From Candidatus Parvarchaeota archaeon (GTDB lineage Archaea > Nanobdellota > Nanobdellia > B33-G15), in the NCBI GenBank assembly GCA_017608385.1, contig JAFCFZ010000004.1, forward strand, positions 2,253 through 66,252: a stretch of 64,000 nucleotides of DNA, written 5' to 3'. Positions 17,405 to 27,949 of the stretch are shown one piece after another. The position numbers and the translations under genes are program-made. Numbering within the stretch: the first letter of the stretch is position 1; each line of letters starts with the position of its first letter. The notes below the pieces were generated by a model, which saw only the letters and a list, made by a program, of their open reading frames with translations, made no database searches and had not been told where the DNA came from.

Positions 17405-18631
17405 TCATTTCCAATAACAAGAATTGATCAAATCATCTCTTTTTTTTGATTCTATAATAGGCCAATGAAGCTTTCCACTAATTACTGAATTTTCACTAAC
17501 AGACATAAAAGGCCAAATTTTGGCATCAGAAAATATTTTTGAATGTCTCCCAATTTTGGATTGAAACCCAATAATAACTCCAGGTTCTATTGACGATTCA
17601 TCTCCTATTTTAGCTTCCCCATCAACAACACAACTGGTTAATCTACACATGTTACCTATCTCTGTTTTTTCAAAAATAATGGTGTCTTCAATCATTGTTC
17701 TTTCTCCAATAACAGAATTTTTCATTATATGTACATGAGGCCCAATTACAACATTATCTTTGATTACTGTTCCATTCTCTATGATAACAGGACCTCTTAC
17801 TTTTACATCATTTCCAAAAACAACATCCTTTCCAATTTTAATTCCTTCTCCTTGGATTCTAACTCCTTTAACAGTATCTTTAGACTCGATACTTTCCATT
17901 GCAACTCTATTGATTTTTAGGTAAATTTTGACATCCCCTATATCTCCCCAAAAACCTCTGAAGTCTTTACCCATTATTTTTAAATCTTTAGAATAAGATT
18001 CCCACATATTTCCAATTTGATCTGGTTTTCTCCCCCGACTTATTTCTTTATCAATATACTGTTCTAAATGATTTTCTATAAAATTTGAACTGATTAATTG
18101 AATGAATGTAGAAGCAAGTTTACTCATTGCTTCTTCTGGTTTTGGTTTTTCTTGGAATGAGACTATCCTGTTTTTTTCATCCATTACAGCAATACCATAT
18201 TTTTGAACATCGCTTTTATCCTCTAATTGGTAAAGACCTATTGTTGCCGATGGATTGTTTTTTAGATGATATTCTTTGAATGCTTTTATGTCAAAACCAT
18301 GAAAGAAATTATCTCCTGCAAGAATAAGGTAATCGTCAGTTCCTAAAACACCTTTTAGATATTTTATAGCACCAACAACACCTAGTTTATCCTCATTCGA
18401 ATTAGTCTTTTCCAAAACAAACGTTATTTTTTCATCCGAAATGTAATCTTGGACTTTTTTATTTGTAGTATTAGCAGAAATTATTATATCATCTATTTCA
18501 GCAAGCTTCAACTTTTCAATTAAGTAATCAATATTTGGTTTTCCTCCCACGGGGAGTAGTGCTTTAGGTGTTCTTAGTGTAAGAGGTTCTAATCTTGTAC
18601 CATAACCGCCCATCATGATTATTCCCTTCAT
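17405..18631 (-). CDS. Sugar-1-phosphate nucleotidyltransferase with a C-terminal left-handed beta-helix domain (GlmU-like or mannose-1-P guanylyltransferase-like)
   Basis: N-terminal GIIMMGGYGTRLEPLT..PKALLPV, and C-terminal hexapeptide repeats. Confidence 0.75.
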   Translation of the reverse strand: MKGIIMMGGYGTRLEPLTLRTPKALLPVGGKPNIDYLIEKLKLAEIDDIIISANTTNKKVQDYISDEKITFVLEKTNSNEDKLGVVGAIKYLKGVLGTDDYLILAGDNFFHGFDIKAFKEYHLKNNPSATIGLYQLEDKSDVQKYGIAVMDEKNRIVSFQEKPKPEEAMSKLASTFIQLISSNFIENHLEQYIDKEISRGRKPDQIGNMWESYSKDLKIMGKDFRGFWGDIGDVKIYLKINRVAMESIESKDTVKGVRIQGEGIKIGKDVVFGNDVKVRGPVIIENGTVIKDNVVIGPHVHIMKNSVIGERTMIEDTIIFEKTEIGNMCRLTSCVVDGEAKIGDESSIEPGVIIGFQSKIGRHSKIFSDAKIWPFMSVSENSVISGKLHWPIIESKKRDDLINSCYWK

Positions 18632-19989
18632 TGTATCAACTCCGAAAATTGCTTTTTCAAATTTTCTAGTCTGTCTTTTGTTTCTGCCTCAATAGTTAAC
18701 CTCACTTTAGCTTCTGTTAGACTTTGTCTTATCAAGACCCAAGCATCATCTAGAATAACTTTAACTCCGTCCATTGTATTTACCTCATAGTCTTGCTCCA
18801 TTTTCTCCTTAATTTTTATCATGAGATCCTCCTTTTCTTCATCAGGAACTCTGAAATTGACCTGCTCATAATAATATTTTGGAAGCTTTTTTGTGAAGTT
18901 TGAAAGCTTTCCTTCTAATTCATCAGCTGCTGCAAGACTTGCAATTACTGCATCATCAAAGTAAAAATATTTTCCAACAACAAAATGACCCGAAGATTCA
19001 ACTCCAAAGTCAGCTTTATGGTTCATACATGCTGGAGTCACAAAACCATGACCCACTGGAACAGTGTATATTTTAGCATCTGGAAGATAGTCTTTGATTA
19101 CATTAGAACATTCAACATTTACCACAATTTTGGGCTTGTGAATATCCTTTGATAAGAGAATAACAATATTTTCTGGAAGAACTCTTTGTCCAGTTTCATC
19201 AAAGAAAGTTACTCTATCTCCGTCACCATCATAACCCATACCAATGTCTTTTCCTTGAACCATTTTCCTTAATTCAGTTAAAGTGTGTTCATTTGGTTCT
19301 GGATCCCTTACTTTAAGATAAGGGTCTGTTTTTTCAAACAAGAATTTTGGATTATTAGCAACTTTTCTCCATATATCCGGGATGTGTTTGGATGCAGCAC
19401 CACCACCAAAGTCTATGACAGGATCACACTTTGCCTTAAATTCTTCAGTCATGATATCACAATATTTTTGGGAGAAATCTATGTTTTCGATGTGACTTTC
19501 TCCTGTTTGAAAGTCTCCTTGATTATATACTGCCTCTAATCTCCTGATTTCATCAGGAGTAGCACTAACTCCAGTACCATGATGTAACTTTAAACCATTC
19601 CACTCTGAATTAAGGTGAGAAGCAGTTATATATGCACAAACAGCATTTTTTATATGAGCACTATACCAAACAAGACCCGCACTTCCTTCAGGACCAATAA
19701 ACAAGTCTGAACCCGTTGTTTTGAACCCACTTATGAATGATCCCTTCATTTCTGGACTTGAGTATCTTAAATCCGCACCAACCATCACTCTTTTGTATAA
19801 GGTTCCAACAGCCTTACCTATATTTTCCATTATTTTGGGAGTTAAAGTTTCTCCCAGTTTCCCCCTTAAATCATATGCTCTGAATATTCCTGCCAATTTC
19901 CATCCACTCCTTTGAAGCTTTTTTGTAAGATTTTTTAGATTCGAGGTCATTCCATTGACCCACGAAAACATAACCATAGGAATCCCCAT
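18628..19989 (-). CDS. Phosphohexomutase (phosphoglucosamine mutase/phosphomannomutase family). The start is probably an internal Met near 19950
   Basis: GIFRAYDLRG N-terminal motif, active-site Ser loop TASHLNSEWNG, and metal loop DGDGDR. Confidence 0.8.
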   Translation of the reverse strand: MGIPMVMFSWVNGMTSNLKNLTKKLQRSGWKLAGIFRAYDLRGKLGETLTPKIMENIGKAVGTLYKRVMVGADLRYSSPEMKGSFISGFKTTGSDLFIGPEGSAGLVWYSAHIKNAVCAYITASHLNSEWNGLKLHHGTGVSATPDEIRRLEAVYNQGDFQTGESHIENIDFSQKYCDIMTEEFKAKCDPVIDFGGGAASKHIPDIWRKVANNPKFLFEKTDPYLKVRDPEPNEHTLTELRKMVQGKDIGMGYDGDGDRVTFFDETGQRVLPENIVILLSKDIHKPKIVVNVECSNVIKDYLPDAKIYTVPVGHGFVTPACMNHKADFGVESSGHFVVGKYFYFDDAVIASLAAADELEGKLSNFTKKLPKYYYEQVNFRVPDEEKEDLMIKIKEKMEQDYEVNTMDGVKVILDDAWVLIRQSLTEAKVRLTIEAETKDRLENLKKQFSELIQ

Positions 19990-20710
19990 TGTGAATTATT
20001 CCAGGTACCACCTCTCTTTCAAAACTAAAGGAATCCCTACTCATATCAATAACTTCTGGCTCTAAAATAAAGAAACCAGCACTAACTAAATTTGAAAGCG
20101 TATTTTTTGGCTTTTCTTGAAATCCAACAACTCTGTTACCTTTCATTAAAACATTACCATATTCTTCTGTTTTTGGCAAGAATTTCAAAGCCATTGTCAT
20201 TTTTCCTCTATTATTAAAATGAAACTTTGCCATATCCTCTATATCTAAATCAAATAAATTATCCCCATATAACATAATAAAAGTAGATTTGATCAGATGT
20301 TTTGCCTTTGCAAGAGGTCCTGCAGTTCCTAATGGTTTGTTTTCTTCAATATAACTTATTTTTACTCCCCATTTTGAACCGTCTCCAAAATATTCCTTTA
20401 TTTTGTCTCCCTTGAATCCTATTGAGAAAATTATGTCATCTATCCCATACTTTTTTAGAAGTTCTATCTGCCACTCTAAAACAGGCTTATTTTTTATTTT
20501 AACCATTGGTTTAGGTAGACCATCTGTAACTCCATCAATCTTATTTTTACCTCCAGCAAGGACTAATGCCTTTTTAATTTCAGATCCAAAAGCTTCTTTT
20601 AATAGAGATTGGATTGCTGAACTTCTACTTTCTGTTCCTGATTTTTTTGACCATTGGTCTACTTTTTCCAAAACATTTTTGTCAAGGGTGATTGTTAGGC
20701 GCTTTTTCAT
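19871..20710 (-). CDS. Sugar-phosphate nucleotidyltransferase with an N-terminal ribbon-helix-helix domain. The start is probably MKKRLTITLD at 20710, not 20827
   Basis: The N-terminal KRLTITLDKNVLEKVD...GTESRSSAIQSLLKEAF is RHH-like (CopG/Arc-like). It is followed by KALVLAGGKNK...LGTAGPL, the NTP-transferase core. Confidence 0.65.
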   Translation of the reverse strand: MKKRLTITLDKNVLEKVDQWSKKSGTESRSSAIQSLLKEAFGSEIKKALVLAGGKNKIDGVTDGLPKPMVKIKNKPVLEWQIELLKKYGIDDIIFSIGFKGDKIKEYFGDGSKWGVKISYIEENKPLGTAGPLAKAKHLIKSTFIMLYGDNLFDLDIEDMAKFHFNNRGKMTMALKFLPKTEEYGNVLMKGNRVVGFQEKPKNTLSNLVSAGFFILEPEVIDMSRDSFSFEREVVPGIIHNGDSYGYVFVGQWNDLESKKSYKKASKEWMEIGRNIQSI

Positions 20711-20790
20711 ATCAAGTATGATAAAATCATACTTTTTTAAGCATTTTGGAATACACAAGTTTTTAATTTGTAAGCAATTTAATTGCTCAT

Positions 20791-21642
20791 ATGTTTTTAT
20801 TTCAACTAGTAAAAAGCATGCGACCAAAACAATGGTATAAAAATTTTGTAATTTATGCTGGTTTAGTGTTTTCTCTAAATTTATTCAATTTTGATAAGAT
20901 TTTGATAACTTCTTTAGGTTTTATACTATTTTGTATGATTTCAGGATCAGTTTATGTGATAAATGATATTATTGATTGTGAAAAAGATAAGAAACACCCA
21001 AGAAAGAAAAAAAGACCCATAGCTTCTGGAAAACTTAACAAAAAAATAGCTTTATTTTCATCCATTTTAATATTGATTTTATCATTTTTTATTGCTTATA
21101 CTTACATAAATGTAAATTTCTTTTTAGTAGGTTTAACATATTTGATTTTGATAGTAACATATTCTCTTTTTTTGAAAAAGATTGTTTTTATTGATATTTT
21201 GATTTTGGGGGTTGGCTTTGTATTAAGAGCTTTAGCAGGAACCACTGCGATTGATGTTCCAATGTCAGAATGGCTTTTTCTAACTATTTTTGTCCTAGCT
21301 CTTTTTCTTGCGGCGATTAAAAGAGTAGCCGAATTTAATTCGATGGGTAAAAAAACTAAAGAACATAGAAGTGTTTTTGAAGTCTATGATCAAAACACCT
21401 TGGGATTTTTAATCTCAACAATATCTTCCACAGTGATTATTTGTTACTCTATGTATGTAATCTTAGAAAACACAAATATTCTTTTTATGTTAACAATCCC
21501 TTTTGTTATATTCGGTATATTTAGAGCATATTATTTAGCATATTCAAAAAAAATGGAAAATGCTGAATTATTTTTTAGGGACAAACAATTTGTGATAAAT
21601 ATGTTATTATGGGCTCTTGTTGCGATTTGGGTGATCTACTAA
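20791..21642 (+). CDS. UbiA-family prenyltransferase (DPPR-synthase-like). The start is possibly MRPKQWYKN at 20818
   Basis: NDIIDCEKDKKHPRKKKRPIASG motif and multiple TM helices. Confidence 0.75.
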   Translation: MFLFQLVKSMRPKQWYKNFVIYAGLVFSLNLFNFDKILITSLGFILFCMISGSVYVINDIIDCEKDKKHPRKKKRPIASGKLNKKIALFSSILILILSFFIAYTYINVNFFLVGLTYLILIVTYSLFLKKIVFIDILILGVGFVLRALAGTTAIDVPMSEWLFLTIFVLALFLAAIKRVAEFNSMGKKTKEHRSVFEVYDQNTLGFLISTISSTVIICYSMYVILENTNILFMLTIPFVIFGIFRAYYLAYSKKMENAELFFRDKQFVINMLLWALVAIWVIY

Positions 21643-22275
21643 ATGAAGATAGATATGCATGTCCACACAAGATATTCTAAATGTTCCATGATTTCTATTG
21701 ATAAATTGGCAAAACTCTCAAAAAAAATAGAAATATATCCAACAATAACAGACCACAATACAATTGAAGGTGCTCTTAAACTAAAAAAGAAATTGAAACA
21801 AACAATAGTTGGAGAAGAAATTACTACAAAAGAAGGAGAGATACTTGGTTTATTTTTGACAGAAAAAATAGACAAGAAACTTCCACTTAATGAGACTATT
21901 GATAAAATACACGAGCAAGGAGGGATTGTAGGAGTACCTCATTGTTTTGATAAGGTTAGATTTAGGGGAGCTCTTGGAAAAATCCCTAAAAAAGTAGATT
22001 TTGTAGAAGTGTGTAACTCAAGAACAATTTTTCAACAATTCGATAAAAAAGCAAGAGATTTTGCGATTTTGAATAATTTCCCCATGTCTGCTGGATCCGA
22101 CGCACATTTTTTATTAGAATATGGGAGAGCAGGTGTAGAAATAGAAGAATATTCTTCTCCAAGAGATTTTCTTAAGAAATTAAAAGGGGGAACAATATTC
22201 TGTAAAAGAAGTTTTTTACATTTCCATCCTCTATCTATCTATTCAAAGTTAATAAGAAAAACTCTTAGAATATGA
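21643..22275 (+). CDS. PHP-domain metal-dependent phosphoesterase
   Basis: MKIDMHVHTRYS...ITDHNT...GVPHCFD histidine motifs. Confidence 0.75.
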   Translation: MKIDMHVHTRYSKCSMISIDKLAKLSKKIEIYPTITDHNTIEGALKLKKKLKQTIVGEEITTKEGEILGLFLTEKIDKKLPLNETIDKIHEQGGIVGVPHCFDKVRFRGALGKIPKKVDFVEVCNSRTIFQQFDKKARDFAILNNFPMSAGSDAHFLLEYGRAGVEIEEYSSPRDFLKKLKGGTIFCKRSFLHFHPLSIYSKLIRKTLRI

Positions 22276-22308
22276 TATTTTTATTAAGGAAAGATCTAAC
22301 TAATTATT

Positions 22309-23433
22309 ATGAGTAAAATCTCTGTTTTAAAAACAAGCCCTGGAAAAGTCATTGAAGACTATTCTAGATTGATGGATTTGGCAGAGTATAAAAAATATGT
22401 AAAGAAAAATAAAAAAACAATACTCAAACTGAATTTATCTTGGTCTCTTTATTTCCCATCTTGTTCTACAGAACCATGGCAATTAGAAGGAGTTCTCAAA
22501 AAAATGATTAAGGATAAGTACAAAAATATCATTCCTGTTGAAAACCAAACAGTTGTTACTCATCCATGGAAGGGAGCTTATGGTAACAAATGGCTCCCAG
22601 TATTAAAGAAATACAAACAGGAATTCATTCCATTAACGGATGTTAAATGGAAAGAATATAAACCCAAACAAAAAATGACTGCAATGAATGAAGTTTTTGG
22701 AGATAAAGTCTATATTCCTAAGATCTTTTTTGATTCAAATGTAATCCATTTACCAACAGTGAAGACTCATGGACATACAGTTACTACTGGAGCAATGAAA
22801 AATGCTTTTGGAGGTTTAATTCCAAAATTTAGACACCACGCCCACAAAAAGATCCATGACATATTGGTAGATCTATTAATTATTCAAAAAGAAGTTCATA
22901 AGGGGATTTTTTCAGTCATGGATGGAACAGTTGCAGGAGATGGTGCAGGACCAAGAACAATGAATCCAGTGTTAGCTAATTTAATTCTTGCAGGAGAGGA
23001 TCAGGTAGCAATTGATGCTGTTTCAGCAAAGATTATGGGATTTGATCCAATGAAAATAGACTACATAAAAAAAGCTCATGATTTAGGTTTAGGAATTGGA
23101 GATGTTGACCAGATAGATGTTGTTGGGGGGGATATTAAGAAGATAAATCTCAAGTTTAAGACTACAAAGAGTCCAGTTATATTCTTTGATCAAGTATTGA
23201 GAAGGAGAATAGGAAAAATATTTCCTCCTTTAGAAAAAATACTTTTTCATTCACCGTTATTTAAGATACCTATTTTTCTTTCTGGATTTTATCATGACAG
23301 ATTATGGTACCCTACTATTGGGAAATCAAAAATAAAATCTTTTAATAAAACAAATTGGGGAAAACTCTGGGAAAAATACCAATTTGGAGAAAAAGTTAAC
23401 AAAGAAGTTTCAAATGAATGGGGAGTCTATTAA
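22309..23433 (+). CDS. DUF362-domain protein
   Basis: TVKTHGHTVTTGAMKNAFGGL matches the DUF362 core. Confidence 0.5.
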   Translation: MSKISVLKTSPGKVIEDYSRLMDLAEYKKYVKKNKKTILKLNLSWSLYFPSCSTEPWQLEGVLKKMIKDKYKNIIPVENQTVVTHPWKGAYGNKWLPVLKKYKQEFIPLTDVKWKEYKPKQKMTAMNEVFGDKVYIPKIFFDSNVIHLPTVKTHGHTVTTGAMKNAFGGLIPKFRHHAHKKIHDILVDLLIIQKEVHKGIFSVMDGTVAGDGAGPRTMNPVLANLILAGEDQVAIDAVSAKIMGFDPMKIDYIKKAHDLGLGIGDVDQIDVVGGDIKKINLKFKTTKSPVIFFDQVLRRRIGKIFPPLEKILFHSPLFKIPIFLSGFYHDRLWYPTIGKSKIKSFNKTNWGKLWEKYQFGEKVNKEVSNEWGVY

Positions 23434-24926
23434 TTTTTTGAAATTGCTTTTGATTTGAACCAATTCCATATTTTGTATTTTGCAACATCAATACCAATTG
23501 CCTCACCTATTTCTTCTAAGAGATCGAAATCCCTTTTTTTCACAAGCTTCAGAATAATCAAGGAAAGGATAAATGATAAAGAACCAAAAATAGACCCTAA
23601 AGCAATAGACCACATCATATCAAAATAATTATTGACTATGTTGATTATTGAAAACATCACTAAACCAGCAACTAAACTTTTGAAAACCATTTTAGATGAA
23701 AGATACAATTTATTTTTAGTTTCAAAAATAGAGTACAAAACAGTTAATATTATCTTTGAATAGAGAAAAGTTATTGCTGCTCCCAATAACCCAAAATATT
23801 CTATCAAAAACAAACCTATTATTATGCTTGAAATAGATTGGAAAAGAACAATATTTCTTATTTTCTTTGTTTTTCCAGTACCATAAGCAAAGACAGAAGC
23901 AGAAGCACTAATAGATCCTACAAAAAATGCAAATAACATTATTTGGAGTGGGAAAACAGCTCCAGAATATTCAGGACCATATATTATATTGATTATTTGG
24001 TTTGAAAATGGAATTATTGCAAAAGAAACAAAAGAAGCAAAAATCACAACATATTTTTTTAGATTAGTATAAATCCTTTTTTTATCTTTAGATTTTTTTT
24101 TGCTAGCAATTCGTTGTATTCCAACTTGATTGAATGAGGATGAGATATTATAGAGAGAGGAGACGATTAAGAAAGCAGCAGAAAATAATCCAACTAACTC
24201 ACTACCAAATTTTCCTAAGTAAAGTATTGGAAATCTATTCATAGCCATTACTGAAAATAATGATATGTAAAGAGGAAAACCATACTTTAAAATTTCCTTC
24301 ACAATTTTTTTGTTGAATTTAAAAGAGAGATTTTTTCTAATGAAGAAAAAACCAATTAATACAATAATGAGCCAATCAGTTATCCTCCCTATAATTGCCC
24401 CATTTATACTAAATAATATAGCTAAAGGAAGAACAAGTATGAGTCTTAATGCGTCATATGAAATACTCAATATCGCATTTTTTTTGAAGTTTGAAAGAGC
24501 ATTAAGTGAATAAAGAAAGACTGTTAACAATGCACTTCCAATGATTTCAAAACCGATGATATTAAGATATATACTAAAATTTTCAATAGCGTAAATATTC
24601 TCAAAAAATCCAGATAAACAGAATATGATAAGGTAACCAAATAAACTTAAGGTCAATTTTAATAGAACACCCGTACTTATGATTTCTTTTTTGTTTTCTT
24701 TTTTAGATCCAAGATATAAAATAGCACTATTAATCCCAAAAGAAAGAGCAATACTTACAAACCATACAAGAGAAATGAGTAGTTGCCATGTTCCATACAA
24801 TTCTGGTCCAAAAATTCTAGCGATGAATACTGTAACTATTAATCCAAATATGGTAGATAATACTGAACTGATAAATAAATTGCTAACATCTTCTACTGCC
24901 TTAAGCATGAATCTTATTCTCTTCAT
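23430..24926 (-). CDS. MOP-superfamily polysaccharide/oligosaccharide flippase (Wzx-like)
   Basis: 498 aa with about 14 TM helices and a Wzx-like layout, inside the glycan island. Confidence 0.7.
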   Translation of the reverse strand: MKRIRFMLKAVEDVSNLFISSVLSTIFGLIVTVFIARIFGPELYGTWQLLISLVWFVSIALSFGINSAILYLGSKKENKKEIISTGVLLKLTLSLFGYLIIFCLSGFFENIYAIENFSIYLNIIGFEIIGSALLTVFLYSLNALSNFKKNAILSISYDALRLILVLPLAILFSINGAIIGRITDWLIIVLIGFFFIRKNLSFKFNKKIVKEILKYGFPLYISLFSVMAMNRFPILYLGKFGSELVGLFSAAFLIVSSLYNISSSFNQVGIQRIASKKKSKDKKRIYTNLKKYVVIFASFVSFAIIPFSNQIINIIYGPEYSGAVFPLQIMLFAFFVGSISASASVFAYGTGKTKKIRNIVLFQSISSIIIGLFLIEYFGLLGAAITFLYSKIILTVLYSIFETKNKLYLSSKMVFKSLVAGLVMFSIINIVNNYFDMMWSIALGSIFGSLSFILSLIILKLVKKRDFDLLEEIGEAIGIDVAKYKIWNWFKSKAISKN

Positions 24927-24962
24927 CGGTTTTTATTATTTTTGAAAAGTCAATTAAGTTTA

Positions 24963-25940
24963 TCAAAAAATAATTCCATGAAGTTTTTTTAGATTGTCTA
25001 ATGTTTTTTTGGATTTAGGATAAAATATTATTTTATCTAGGTGCTTTTGAGCTCTTTGTTTCTTATTTCTATTCATCAAACAAATTGCTATTCTTGCATT
25101 TTTTTTAGGATTTTTATTCCAAAATTTTGGTAAGACTCCCTTTAGAGTCATTTTCGCGTTTCTTTTTAGAAAATTATTTTCTTTTTCTTTATGAAAATTA
25201 TAATCAGAAGAACCAGTATATTTTCTCATTGCAAATCCAAATATGTAGTTCAGATAATTAAAAACTCTTTCATACATTTTTTTTGTTTCATTTTCACTCA
25301 ATTTTTTTATTTTACTGAATGAAAAATCATAACACATTTCTAAGTCAGATAAGAATTTTTTGGAAAACCCAAAACCCTTCCACTTTTTCTTGGTAATATT
25401 CTTTCTTTTTATAAAGGAAGGATCATATTGATTAGAAATTATAGAAATTATGTCTGTTACTGTAAACATTGTCTTGCAAATTTCTTTTTTTCCTTTCTTA
25501 GATAATAAATTTATATATAGTCTATTGAAAAACAATAATTTGATATCTTCAAATCCAAAAGACCAATTTTTTGTGTTAGGAAATTTTTTGGAAAGATCTT
25601 TACCCCGTAAAAGAAATTTAGTTTTTATAATGTCATAATTATGAGTATCTTTTGGGATTTTTTTTAGATTTTTTATAGGGATTACTCGCAAATCATGATC
25701 CCTGTTTTTGATGTTTCCCTTTTTAGTTATTACCAACAAATCTATATCAGAGAGTAATTTTGGTTTTCTTCCTTTTTCCCAGAAACCTTCGCCCCTGGAT
25801 AAGCTTCCAAAAAGATAGATCGAAATAATATTTTTGTTTTCTTTTGTTAATCTTTCGACAGTTTTTGATAATTCCTTATCAATTATTTCATTCATTTGTT
25901 TGTTATTTGTATATTTCAAATTATTCACCAAAAATTTCAC
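24963..25940 (-). CDS. Minimal nucleotidyltransferase (MNT) fold protein with a C-terminal extension
   Basis: LFGSLSRGEGF...LSDIDLLVI matches the GS..x..DxD pol-beta-type NTase motif. Confidence 0.55.
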   Translation of the reverse strand: MKFLVNNLKYTNNKQMNEIIDKELSKTVERLTKENKNIISIYLFGSLSRGEGFWEKGRKPKLLSDIDLLVITKKGNIKNRDHDLRVIPIKNLKKIPKDTHNYDIIKTKFLLRGKDLSKKFPNTKNWSFGFEDIKLLFFNRLYINLLSKKGKKEICKTMFTVTDIISIISNQYDPSFIKRKNITKKKWKGFGFSKKFLSDLEMCYDFSFSKIKKLSENETKKMYERVFNYLNYIFGFAMRKYTGSSDYNFHKEKENNFLKRNAKMTLKGVLPKFWNKNPKKNARIAICLMNRNKKQRAQKHLDKIIFYPKSKKTLDNLKKLHGIIF

Positions 25941-27024
25941 CCATCACCTTAATAATATCTCTTGAAAACTTAGGTTTTGTTTTAAATTTTTTATTTGATT
26001 TAATTATTAAAGGCAAATCTGAAAATTTTAAGTAACCATGCATCCCCTTTGTCTTTTCAAGACCCATGTAAAAATCAGGAACAAAACAATAACCGGGTTT
26101 TAACCAAAAGATTAAGTCTCCAAATCTCTTGTTTTTTGTAATTGAGTAGGTAATAAAGTCCTTGTCTTTCATAATTCTCCCAAAACCTTTTTTTTCCATT
26201 TTGGAAAGTATTAATGTTATTTCAGATTCTGCTGACTTCTTTTTGAACCAGAACCTAACAACAGGGGAATTTATGAAAAATAAATAATCTTCAATTAGTT
26301 TACTTTTGATATTGGTTAATTCATTCCAAATATCAATTGTTTTTTTTACTTTGACCATATCATGATCACTGGTTATTATCACTGTTTCTAAAGAATCTTT
26401 ATTTTTTTCAATAATTTTTTTGATAGAAACATCAACTTCTTTCATTTCATTTTTGTATTCATTTGAATCTGGTCCATGAACGTGACCTATTGGATCTGGT
26501 CGAGAATAATGTAAGAAGACAAAATCAGAGTCAATAGATTTTAGCATGAATTCAATATCCTCAACAGAACCAACAATTATTTTTGTGTCTATCCATTTTT
26601 TTTCGAGCATTGAAAAAAAGCTACTGTCACTTCTTTTTCTTTCCATTTCCCTCATTTGGTTGATTTTTTTATCTTCAGAAAAATAAGGTAAAAGAAATCC
26701 AGGAATATTAACTGGATTAAATCTTGTTCTAAAAAGAACCATTGATAGCCATCTAGTTAGGATTTTTCTTTCTGAAAAATTAGTTTTAGGTTTGAATATT
26801 CTTTTTAATTTTTTGTAGGGAGAATCTCCCATTACTATGTCAAAAAGAATATCATTTTCTTTTGAAGTTTTACCCATAGTAATTTCATACCTATTTGTAA
26901 ATGAAGGGTTCATTTTTACCTTGAATTTTTTATTTTGTTTCGAGAATTTTTTTATAAAGTTCATATTACTCTTTTCAAGATAATCATTACTTAACGAATC
27001 TATTATTACAAATAAATGTTTCAT
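25921..27024 (-). CDS. Type I phosphodiesterase / nucleotide pyrophosphatase (ENPP-like; alkaline phosphatase superfamily)
   Basis: VIIDSLSNDYL, DPIGHVHGPDS and TSDHDMV resemble the PF01663-type metal and nucleophile motifs. Confidence 0.6.
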   Translation of the reverse strand: MKHLFVIIDSLSNDYLEKSNMNFIKKFSKQNKKFKVKMNPSFTNRYEITMGKTSKENDILFDIVMGDSPYKKLKRIFKPKTNFSERKILTRWLSMVLFRTRFNPVNIPGFLLPYFSEDKKINQMREMERKRSDSSFFSMLEKKWIDTKIIVGSVEDIEFMLKSIDSDFVFLHYSRPDPIGHVHGPDSNEYKNEMKEVDVSIKKIIEKNKDSLETVIITSDHDMVKVKKTIDIWNELTNIKSKLIEDYLFFINSPVVRFWFKKKSAESEITLILSKMEKKGFGRIMKDKDFITYSITKNKRFGDLIFWLKPGYCFVPDFYMGLEKTKGMHGYLKFSDLPLIIKSNKKFKTKPKFSRDIIKVMGEIFGE

Positions 27025-27054
27025 AATGTTTCAAGATTTTTTATACTTAAATCA

Positions 27055-27948
27055 TTAACTTTCAAAAGAAGATATTAATTTTTTCAGTTTTTTTGTTTGT
27101 AATTCCATCACTTTTTTATCATGTTCTTTATAGGTTTTATAACTAAATAAACAAGCTAAACCATAATCCTCAAGAAGGTCATTAATATCTATTCCACTAT
27201 CTACAATCATTTTTTTCAGTTTTTTATTCTTTAGAGTTTCTGTTAGATCTATTAAATATCTCTTATCTTTTTTGAATTTTAAATATGAAAAATAAGCAGA
27301 GATAAAACCAATCAAAGGAAAATACATAGGTATTACTTTATTTCTTTCCCAATCAACAAATTTTATTTTACCTTTATCAAAGAAACTATTTCCATAACCA
27401 AAGTCTCCAAGAGAGCTAACCCATTTTTTGTTTTTGGACTTATTTATCAAATTCTTTATCCATTCTTTCTCTTTTTTTGATAATTTAGGATTCATTTCAT
27501 TCAGAACAGATTCGAAAACATTTATTAATTCCTTGTTATATCCTTTGACTCCTTTTTTTGAAAGTTCGTTTAAAAATGATAAAAAAGCACTGAAATGTTT
27601 TCCCCAATTTTTGTTAGGGATCAATCTTTTTCCATTTAAACCTTCCTCTAATGAAAATAAAAGGTTATTCATTTTGAAAGTGAAATATGGTTTTGGGAAA
27701 TTCTGTATTTTAAGTAAACTATAAAGTTTTTTATAATCCTTGAATTCTTTAGCAAATTCTTTTTCTTTAGAAGGATATTTGGAAGTTTTAACAACATATT
27801 TTGGATTTTTATCCTCAATATAAACAAACGTTACTTTCTTGTATTGTGATTTAGCCCCTTTAGGGATAGAACAAACAATCATTACTCCTGCTTTATCAAG
27901 ATTTTTTCTTGTTCTTTTTTGAATTTCCTTTCTTAATTTGATTTCCAT
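27055..27948 (-). CDS. Kinase-like protein (APH/choline-kinase fold)
   Basis: FVDWERN resembles the Brenner-type IDxE motif of small-molecule kinases. Otherwise unassigned. Confidence 0.35.
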   Translation of the reverse strand: MEIKLRKEIQKRTRKNLDKAGVMIVCSIPKGAKSQYKKVTFVYIEDKNPKYVVKTSKYPSKEKEFAKEFKDYKKLYSLLKIQNFPKPYFTFKMNNLLFSLEEGLNGKRLIPNKNWGKHFSAFLSFLNELSKKGVKGYNKELINVFESVLNEMNPKLSKKEKEWIKNLINKSKNKKWVSSLGDFGYGNSFFDKGKIKFVDWERNKVIPMYFPLIGFISAYFSYLKFKKDKRYLIDLTETLKNKKLKKMIVDSGIDINDLLEDYGLACLFSYKTYKEHDKKVMELQTKKLKKLISSFES

Positions 27949-27949
27949 G

